Both the position numbers and the translations under genes were made by a program. A stretch of DNA of 63,865 nucleotides from Candidatus Brocadiia bacterium (GTDB lineage: Bacteria > Planctomycetota > Brocadiia > CAIUPP01): the NCBI GenBank assembly GCA_050015075.1, contig JBEKCB010000030.1, forward strand, positions 1 through 63,865. Direction: 5' to 3'. Below are positions 1 through 7,800 of this stretch, piece after piece. Every line of letters begins with the position of its first letter. The first letter of the stretch is position 1. The notes beneath the pieces were generated by a model. It was given only the letters and a program-made list of their open reading frames with translations. It was not told where the DNA came from and did not search any database.

Positions 1-141
1 CCGGCCACAGACCCGGCCGGGTACACCTTCTCGCATTGGACGGTGAGCGGCGCGGTGCAGCCTGCCGCGCAGAAATCCGTTACGTTTACAATGACCGCGG
101 CCATAACGGCCTCGGCGGTATATATCAAGGACGTCCCGTAG
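1..141 (+). CDS. 3' end of a gene running in from the left; C-terminal InlB B-repeat-like (Flg_new-type) beta domain of a probable surface/secreted protein
   Basis: Frame 1 is open from base 1 to TAG at 139-141: PATDPAGYTFSHWTVSGAVQPAAQKSVTFTMTAAITASAVYIKDVP*. The GYxFxxW ... TFTM ... TAxA pattern is typical of these repeats. Confidence 0.65.
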   Translation, partial: PATDPAGYTFSHWTVSGAVQPAAQKSVTFTMTAAITASAVYIKDVP

Positions 142-349
142 CACCGTGAACTACGCAAATCCCGCCGGCCAGACTAGTGCCGGTGTGATGGCGCGATGGT
201 CGCCGACGTTCGGCTCGATCTCGACTGAAGGGGGTGAGCTGCCAGGCAATAATGTTGTCCGCGCGCTGAAGCCTGCGGGATCTACACCATCTTCATTCAG
301 CGTCGCGGGTTGCGAGGTTGCCGAGCGGTTTATTTGTTGGCTACAAGGA

Positions 350-469
350 TGTCCGTGCGACTGCCTCACCGACCCGCGCAAAGAGTGCCACTGCACGCCG
401 CGGCAGATTCAGCAGTACATGTCCAAAACCAGCGAACCGTTGCTCGACCACATGAGCCTGCAGGTCGAG
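350..469 (+). pseudogene. comM: Isolated internal fragment of a YifB/ComM Mg-chelatase-like AAA+ ATPase
   Basis: Translates to CPCDCLTDPRKECHCTPRQIQQYMSKTSEPLLDHMSLQVE, matching the ComM segment NPCPCG...CxCT..QI..Y..KISGPLLDRIDLxVE with several degenerate positions. The flanks are not ComM-like. Confidence 0.7.
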
Positions 470-843
470 GCGCAACGGGCAGAGGAAGGCAAGGCCGCGG
501 CCATCGCTGCCTTGATGCGGCCTCCGAAGTGGGCGCCGGACGTTCCTCCAGCGGCCAAGGGAAAGGTCGGTAAAACGCTTGCATATAGAGCAGAGTCGTC
601 TGGGAACGGCAACTTCTCGGCAGAGCCACCCAGCGCCAGCGTGGGGCTGGATAGACGAATTTGCTCAGGCGGCGTCCGTCGAGCCGATCGGAACGGCGAG
701 CGGTTCATCGGAGGCTCGGTGACCGTGTACCGTTTTAATCCGACCACCAACGGCGGTTGCCATCCTTAGATGGGTGTTCTCGCTGTGACGTATATCCCTC
801 CCCGACCGGTGTGCGCCGGGCAGGGCACTCTTATGACCCGACG

Positions 844-1131
844 ATGATCGGTAAGGTCAGGTACGGCATCGTTATGGAGAGCGCCGAGACTTCGGACAAG
901 ACGACCGCTCTGGCTCTGGCCGAGAAAAAGTTCCGCCAGTTTCAGGAGATCGCGCCACGCGAAGCGACCGTGGAGCGTATCACGATCAAAAGCTCTCGGA
1001 GCTCGACACCCGGTGGCTGGCCGACCGCCTGCGCTCGGAAGGGACGATCTACCTTATGAAGCTGGCCCCTCGGTACTTGCAAAGACATCGTCGGCGGCGG
1101 CGAGGATGTATACGCCGTTAGCATCACCCCT
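844..1131 (+). pseudogene. Frameshifted N-terminal remnant of a tyrosine-integrase-like gene
   Basis: Three frames join to ESAETSDKTTALALAEKKFRQ...ITIK / KLSELDTRWLADRLRSEGTIYLMKLAPRYL / KDIVGGGEDVYAVSITP, which resembles integrase arm and core-binding regions. It stops about 15 bp before the att repeat and has no catalytic domain. Confidence 0.5.
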
Positions 1132-1146
1132 CGACCGAACGCAAGC

Positions 1147-1247
1147 GAAAAGGCCGGGCGGCATATCCTGCCGTCCCGCCGTATTTTATGAGTGGTGCCC
1201 GAGACTGGATTTGAACCAGCATGGGTTTGACTCCACTAGGCCCTCAA
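1147..1247 (-). repeat. att-like direct repeat (distal copy): 3' half of tRNA-Leu plus its terminator
   Basis: Near-identical to 10182-10283, with one mismatch in the tRNA part (gactccac vs gaccccac) and a few in the terminator/spacer. Identity ends exactly after the anticodon loop TTGAGGG. Confidence 0.93.
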
Positions 1248-1610
1248 AATATGATCTCCGTCGCGGCATAACTCACTTAATTCTTGTAACTTACAGTAAT
1301 TCTGAACCTTCCACTAACTTCCCGAAGTTCTACTCATTGGTCAAAAAGCGTTACAAAAGACAATTATTCGTACTCTTACGTGCCGCGGCCAGACCCTTTT
1401 GTGATGTTCGATTCGAGACGATCTAGCACCTCCAGCAACCCATTCGACGGACGCACAAGGTCGAGAACACCTCGTCCACAGCGCTGCCACCGCCGCACGG
1501 TCAGCCGCCTGAGGGCGCCAAAACCTGAGACTTCTTTTTATGTTTCAACTGGTGGAGATTTCGGCGCGCGGGACTTGACGCGAGCAGAGGCAGAGCTGCC
1601 GTGAAATGGC

Positions 1611-1638
1611 TTGACAGGGGACAGTTCAAGAGTACAAT
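1611..1638 (+). promoter_or_regulatory. Sigma70-type promoter
   Basis: TTGACA-16 nt-TACAAT, about 90 bp upstream of the GGAGGA RBS and ATG at 1726. Confidence 0.7.
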
Positions 1639-1725
1639 CTCGTATTTGCAAGGGGACTGCCCTTTGGAGATCGGCCAAAGGGCAAAGTGAGGCTAACTTG
1701 CTTCTTGATGGAGGAGACCAATTTT

Positions 1726-2556
1726 ATGCAGCGGAAGGTGATCCCCTGGGTTCTCGTGCCTGTGGTGTGCCTGGTCTGCTCGGTGGCCATCGCCGAGGCA
1801 CAACAGCCGAACTCCAAAGTGGCGGACTATTACCGGCAACGGGCGGCGGCTTGCACGAAAGAAGCGGATGATCGCGAGGCGGAGTATGCGAATGCCTCGG
1901 GAAAGGTCAAGGAGGCTGCCGCGGCGTTCGTCAAGGCGAAACGCACCGAGGCCGCCGTGAACGAAGCGCTCGCCAAAACTTACGATGTCGGCGGGGCCGA
2001 CGACATGTTGTTGCCGCTCCTGAAGCGGCTGCCTGAGACGGCGGACGCTTCGTCGCGCCTGGCTGTGGCGCTCGGGGCGCGGACTAACGAGAACCTCCGC
2101 CAAAATGCGCTCGCCGACGTGGAGGCGGCGGCCAAGACGGCGAGTCCGGAATTGAAGGCCGCCGCGGACGCGCGCGTGGAGAGCCGCCGGCAGGCCATCG
2201 CGGCGTGGGCGCGCGTGGCCGATCTCATCGCCAAGCCGGCGTGCACCCAGGCCGAGTTCGACGCGGCCCGCCTTGAAGCCATGGACGCTGACAACAAGAT
2301 GAGCCTGGCCGAGCGCGCCTATGCGATCGCGGTCGAGACTCTCGAGTTGGAGAAGCTCGCGAAACAGACGCCATCCAAGGAGGTGGCAGAGAAGCTGGCG
2401 GCGTACAAGAAGCTTACGGCCGACCTGCTGCAGGCGGACAAGCTTTCGCGCGACGCCCAATTGAAGCTGGAGCAGGTCGCCCTCGAAGCGCGGCAGGCCA
2501 CCAAGGAATTCCGCGAGGCACAGCGCGCCGCCGCCTTGCCGCCCGCGGGGCCGTAG
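1726..2556 (+). CDS. Secreted/periplasmic Ala/Lys/Glu-rich alpha-helical protein of unknown function
   Basis: RBS GGAGGA, ATG at 1726, signal peptide MQRKVIPWVLVPVVCLVCSVAIAEA, coiled-coil-like composition. Confidence 0.8.
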   Translation: MQRKVIPWVLVPVVCLVCSVAIAEAQQPNSKVADYYRQRAAACTKEADDREAEYANASGKVKEAAAAFVKAKRTEAAVNEALAKTYDVGGADDMLLPLLKRLPETADASSRLAVALGARTNENLRQNALADVEAAAKTASPELKAAADARVESRRQAIAAWARVADLIAKPACTQAEFDAARLEAMDADNKMSLAERAYAIAVETLELEKLAKQTPSKEVAEKLAAYKKLTADLLQADKLSRDAQLKLEQVALEARQATKEFREAQRAAALPPAGP

Positions 2557-2588
2557 CGCGGCATGGCATCGCTGCACGAAACCGGCTG

Positions 2589-2636
2589 AAAAAAGTGAAT
2601 TTTTTTATTGACTCCGCCCGTTGATGCTGATATAGA
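2589..2636 (+). promoter_or_regulatory. Putative sigma70 promoter with AT-rich UP element for the TPS operon
   Basis: A-tract/T-tract followed by TTGACT (2608)-17 nt-TATAGA (2631). Confidence 0.45.
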
Positions 2637-2768
2637 TGCTATCATGTCTCTTGTGCAGACGGGGCGCATCTCGCCGGAGGCAGGGTCGGGGGTCTCAGTC
2701 TTGCCGTCAGTGACAATACTCTCTAGCGCACGCAACAAGTAGCTGCACTCAAGGGAGGACACTGTCGC

Positions 2769-4730
2769 ATGAAGCTCCGCCACAAGTCGGTTACCCCCTC
2801 GGCGTCACCCGGACCCAGTGAATGCCGTGCACCCCGTCGGGGCGCGGCGCGGACCGGCAAGTCCTTTCTCCTTGCGGCCGTCGCCGTCGCGCTCCTCGTG
2901 AGCGCCTCCGCCGCGGCCGCCGCGCCCGACGACGGGCCCGCGTACCCGGTCAGCCGCATCCAGCTTCGGTACAGTGTCGAAAATCCCTCGCTGCCCCGCC
3001 TCGACGACGTGATGAACCTGGAGGCCTCCCTGGGGCGGACCGACAAGGGATATGTCGAGCCGCGGGCGGGGGCCGAGACCGTCACGCTGCGCCTGGCGGA
3101 TATCGGCGCCGGCGGGCCGGCCAAAGTCATATTCCATCAGAGCGCCATTCGCTCAGTCGGCGCCCAGATCGTTCATTTTCTTAACACGCGGGGGATCTAC
3201 GGCGTGTTCGTCAGCCCCGATCCGGACGACATCCCGCCCGAGACCGGCCAGGACCTCCGGCCGGAAAAACGGCCCGCCGCGGAACAGCAGGTTCTTCGCC
3301 TGGTGATCTACGTGGGGAAGGTGACGCGGACGCGAACGGTCGCGTCCGGCGACCGCGTCCCTGCGGATCAACGCATCAACAATCCGGCGCACACCTGGAT
3401 CATGGAAAACTCGCCCATTCAACCCGGCGCCGAGCCGGGTTCTTCCAAAGGGACCGACCTGTTCCAAAAGGACCTCCTGGATGATTACCTCTTCGAGTTG
3501 AACCGCCTACCGGGCCGACAGGTGGACGCGGCCATTTCCTCCGGCGGCGCGCCGGGCGACGTGTCGCTCGACTACCTCGTCAACGAGACCAAGCCCTGGC
3601 TCGCCTATTACCAGTTGTCGAACACGGGCACGAAACAGACCGATTTGTGGCGCAGCGCGTTCGGGTTCACCGACAACCAACTCACCGGGCACGACGACAT
3701 CCTGACGCTGCTGGCGGTGGGCTCGGGGTTGAGTAACGACGATACCCGCGCCATCAGCGGCTCCTACGAGTTCCCGATCTTTAGGCCGGACCTGCTTCGC
3801 CTGCGCCTTTACGGATCGTGGAGCAAATATGCCGCTTCCGACATCGGCATCACGAGTGAGAACTTCTACGGGGCAGACTCGACGCTCGGCGCGGAGGTCA
3901 TCGGAAACATCTATCAGCACAAGCAGTGGTTCCTGGACGCTGTGGCCGGAGCGCGCTGGCACTACGTGACCGTGGAGAACCAGACGGTGGATGTCGACGG
4001 GCATGAGGATTTCTTCATCCCGAGTGTCGGCTTGCGGCTGCAGCGCGCGACGCCGGCCGCGACGACGCAGGCCTCATTGAGCTACGAGGGGAACGTCGCC
4101 GCCGTCGCCGACACTCAAACCTCGGCGTTGCCGCCGCTTGGACGCATGAATACGGATTCCACCTGGCAGGTTGTGAAGTGGAACGCGCGCGAGTCGTTCT
4201 TCCTCGACCCGCTCCTCTGCTCCGCCGGGACGGAACCCACGCTGGCGCATGAAATCGTCATGGTTTTTCGGGGTCAGGCGACGCAAAACCGCCTGATCCC
4301 GCAGGAAGAGGAGACAGCCGGCGGCTTGTACAGCGGCGTGCGCGGCTACCCCGAAGAAGACGCGGTCGGCGACACCGTCGTGATCGGCAACCTCGAGTAT
4401 GATTGTCATTTGCCGCGGCTGCTTTCGCCGAGAGCCGAGCCTTCGCATGTGCCGGTGGTCGGAGATTTCCGATGCTTCCCTCCGCGGCCATCCGTTCCGC
4501 CGGATTGGGATTTCATCGTTCGAGCTTTCCTGGATTACGGCCAGACGTGGAACAGCGACATTGAGTCCACCGAGAGGAATGAAACGCTCGTGGGCACGGG
4601 CGTCGGGGCGGAACTGCAAATTCGCAAGAACCTGTCCGTTCGTCTCGACTGGGGTTTCGCGCTCTCGCCCACCCAGGACACGAAGGCCGGTTCCAGCGTG
4701 GTGCACTTCGTGCTGACCCTGGCCTATTGA
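2769..4730 (+). CDS. ShlB/FhaC/HecB-family two-partner secretion outer-membrane transporter (TpsB)
   Basis: Signal peptide, POTRA-like region, SNTGTKQT and LTGHDDIL barrel-start motifs, GGLYSGVRGY (VRGY motif), C-terminal aromatic residue (VLTLAY). Directly upstream of a TPS-domain protein. Confidence 0.92.
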   Translation: MKLRHKSVTPSASPGPSECRAPRRGAARTGKSFLLAAVAVALLVSASAAAAAPDDGPAYPVSRIQLRYSVENPSLPRLDDVMNLEASLGRTDKGYVEPRAGAETVTLRLADIGAGGPAKVIFHQSAIRSVGAQIVHFLNTRGIYGVFVSPDPDDIPPETGQDLRPEKRPAAEQQVLRLVIYVGKVTRTRTVASGDRVPADQRINNPAHTWIMENSPIQPGAEPGSSKGTDLFQKDLLDDYLFELNRLPGRQVDAAISSGGAPGDVSLDYLVNETKPWLAYYQLSNTGTKQTDLWRSAFGFTDNQLTGHDDILTLLAVGSGLSNDDTRAISGSYEFPIFRPDLLRLRLYGSWSKYAASDIGITSENFYGADSTLGAEVIGNIYQHKQWFLDAVAGARWHYVTVENQTVDVDGHEDFFIPSVGLRLQRATPAATTQASLSYEGNVAAVADTQTSALPPLGRMNTDSTWQVVKWNARESFFLDPLLCSAGTEPTLAHEIVMVFRGQATQNRLIPQEEETAGGLYSGVRGYPEEDAVGDTVVIGNLEYDCHLPRLLSPRAEPSHVPVVGDFRCFPPRPSVPPDWDFIVRAFLDYGQTWNSDIESTERNETLVGTGVGAELQIRKNLSVRLDWGFALSPTQDTKAGSSVVHFVLTLAY

Positions 4731-4825
4731 AGGAAGGCGCACATTCCGGGACCGCGCGCGGTTTCCGAAGACGTCGGTTGCGCCCGACGGTCCGGTAATG
4801 CGGCAATGGATATGGGAGGCATCTC

Positions 4826-7800
4826 ATGAATGGGCTTCGGATCCGGCGAACCGGACGGCGCGGCGTCGCCCGCGCGGCCACGAGGCTTCTGCCCGCTCTT
4901 GCGCTGCTGCCGGTCCTGCTCGGCGGCGGGGCGCTGGCGACGCCCAAGGGCGCTCAGGTCGTTTCCGGCAGCGCTCAGATCGTCCAGAAGGGAGACCTGA
5001 CGACGATCACGGCAGGCAACCAAAGTATCATTCAGTATCAGAGCTTCAACATCGCCCATGGCCAGACGGTCCAATTCATCCAGCCCAGTTCCCAGTCCAC
5101 GGTCCTCAATCGGGTTCTCGGAGTGAACCCCAGCGTCATCGCGGGCACGCTGCTCGCCAACGGGGTGGTCTACATCGTCAACCCGGCCGGCATCTACTTT
5201 GTCAATGGCTGCCTCGTGAACGTGGGCGCCATCTATGCGGCCGCCGGCCACATTTCCAATCAGAACTTCCTGGCGAACATCAACCAGTTCACCGGCCTCA
5301 CCGGCCCGGTCGTCAACAACGGCCTCATCAGCGGCGGCGAGGTCGCCCTGATCGGCAACCAGGTCGCGAACTTCGGCACCATCGTCGCCCCCAATGGCGT
5401 CGTGAGCCTGGTGTCGGGCTCGGACGTCTACCTCACCGATAACGACGGCCAGATCCTCATCCAGCTCAACGGCGGCGTCCCCGCGGCGGCCGGGGCGGGC
5501 GTGCAGAACTCCGGCTCGATCCAGGCGCCGGGCGGCACAGTCAGCCTCAGCGCGGGCGATCTGTACGCCCTGGCCATCTTCAATAACGGCACGATCAAAG
5601 CGAACGAAATCACCGTCCAGGGTCAGGGCTCCGGCCTCGTTCAGGTCTCCGGCACGCTGGACGCCAGCAATCCATACGGCGTCGGCGGAACTATTAATGT
5701 ATTGGGCGATCAGATCGCCCTCACCAGCGCGACCCTCAACGCCTCCGGCGCGACGGGCGGCGGGACCATCCTGGTTGGCGGCGGCCTCCATGGCGCCAAC
5801 CCCGCCATTCCCGACGCCTCTCAAACCTCCGTCAGCGCCGACAGCGTGATCAACGCCGACGCCCTCGCCAGCGGCAACGGCGGCAAGGTCGTGGTCTGGT
5901 CGAATCTGGACACCCAGTTCTACGGCAGTATCAGCGCGCGCGGCGGCGCCGAGGCCGGCAACGGCGGCAACGTCGAAGTTTCCGGGCACTACCTCGATTT
6001 CCAGGGAACCGTTGATACGCTCGCCCCCAGCGGAACTGCGGGCAACCTGCTCCTCGACCCGACCAACCTGGTCATTAACAACAGCAGCAACCAAAACATC
6101 AATGGCTCGACTCCCTTTGTGCCGACCGGGGATCCCTCAGTGTTGACGTGGGCGACGGTCGTGACGAACCTCGCCCTCGGCAACGTGACCGTGACCACAG
6201 CGGGCAGCCCGGCCACCGCCGGCCAGAACGGCGACATCACTATCGGTGCAGCCAGCCCGGACCTGGCCAGCGCGAACAAGCTGACCATCTCCGCGGTGGG
6301 TACGCTCTATATCAATTTCGGAATCACCAACAGCGGCGGAGGCGCCCTCGAGTTCTCGGGCGCCTCCGGAATTCAATTGGGCGCCAACGTGACGAGCACC
6401 GGTCCGCAAACCTACGATAATCCCGTAACGCTGACCGCCAACGTAACGCTGACGGCGTCGGCGGTGACATTCAGCAGCACGGTGGACTCGGATTCCGCCA
6501 GCACGCCGCGCAGCCTGACCCTGGATGGCAACGCGCAGTTCGATGAGTCGGTAGGCGCAACGTATCCGCTGAACTGGCTGCAGGTCACGGGAAACACGGT
6601 CATCCCCGCGGACGCTTCTCTGAGCATTACGGTGAACGGCGGCACGGCGGATCCAGAGGCGTACGTTGATTTCGAGGGCGCCGTGACGATCGGGAACGGA
6701 GCATCGCTGACCATTGAGGCGACCGGCGGGACAACGGCCACGAGCGGTGCGGATGCGAACGCGTACGTGGAATTCGACAGCGGGGTGACGATCGGGAGCG
6801 GGGCAGCAGTGACCATTACGGCGACCGGCGGCACAGCCACGGGGGCGGATTCCGTAGCGTATGCCTATGTGCAGTTCGATAATAACACCGCGACGATCGG
6901 GAGCGGGTCAACGCTGACCATTACCGCGACCGGCGGCAAGGCAACGGGGACGGATGGGGTGGCCTATGGATATGTGGAGTTCGATGACACCACGACGATC
7001 GGTGAAGGCGCAACAGTGAACCTGACGGCGACCGGCGGCACGACCGGGACGGATGGAGTGGTCTACGGATATGTGGAATTCGATGACACCACGACGATCG
7101 GTGAAGGCGCAACAGTGAACCTGACGGCGACCGGCGGCACGGCCGGGACGGATGGAGTGGCCTACGGATATGTGGAATTCGAAGCCCCCCTGACGATCGA
7201 GAGCGTGGCCGGGACCGAGGCGAAGGTGACGATTACCGCGAACGGCGGGACAGCGCCGGACGCATATGGATATGTGGAGTTCGAAGACGCCGTGATGATC
7301 GGAACCGCGGCAACGGTGAACGTTACGGCGAACGGCGGCACGGCGACGATTGCCGGCGGCACGGAGTCGCTAGCGGATGCGGAGGGGTACGTGGAGTTCA
7401 AGGGCCCCGTGACGATCGGGAACGCGTCAATCGTGACTATTGCGGCGAACGGCGGCACGGCGACGGTTACCGGTTCGACCGACACGAACGCGGTTGCGGA
7501 CGCGTATGTATTCTTCGATGAAGCCTTGACGATCGGGAATCCGACAGCGACCACAAACACGGCGTCGTTGACCGTTGCGGCGACCGGCGGCACGGCGACG
7601 GAGACCGGCGGCAGCACCGGCGGGTTTACCGATCCCTACGGTGAGGTGGAATTCGAAGGCCCCACGACGGTCGCGGCCGGGGCAACGCTGAACGTTACGG
7701 CGACCGGCGGCATTGACGGCTACGCAGAAGTGTACTTCGATTATGACTCGGGTACAGCCCTGACGATCGGGAACGGGGCCACTGCGACCATTACGGCGAC

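Noticed and set aside
146-769. 207 aa ORF as a real gene
   Set aside because: It looks like a chance read-through of mosaic debris; only the 350-469 part has recognisable (ComM) similarity.
1193-1247. Second tRNA-Leu gene
   Set aside because: Only the 3' half from the anticodon loop is present, with no D-arm or 5' acceptor strand. Treated as an att repeat.
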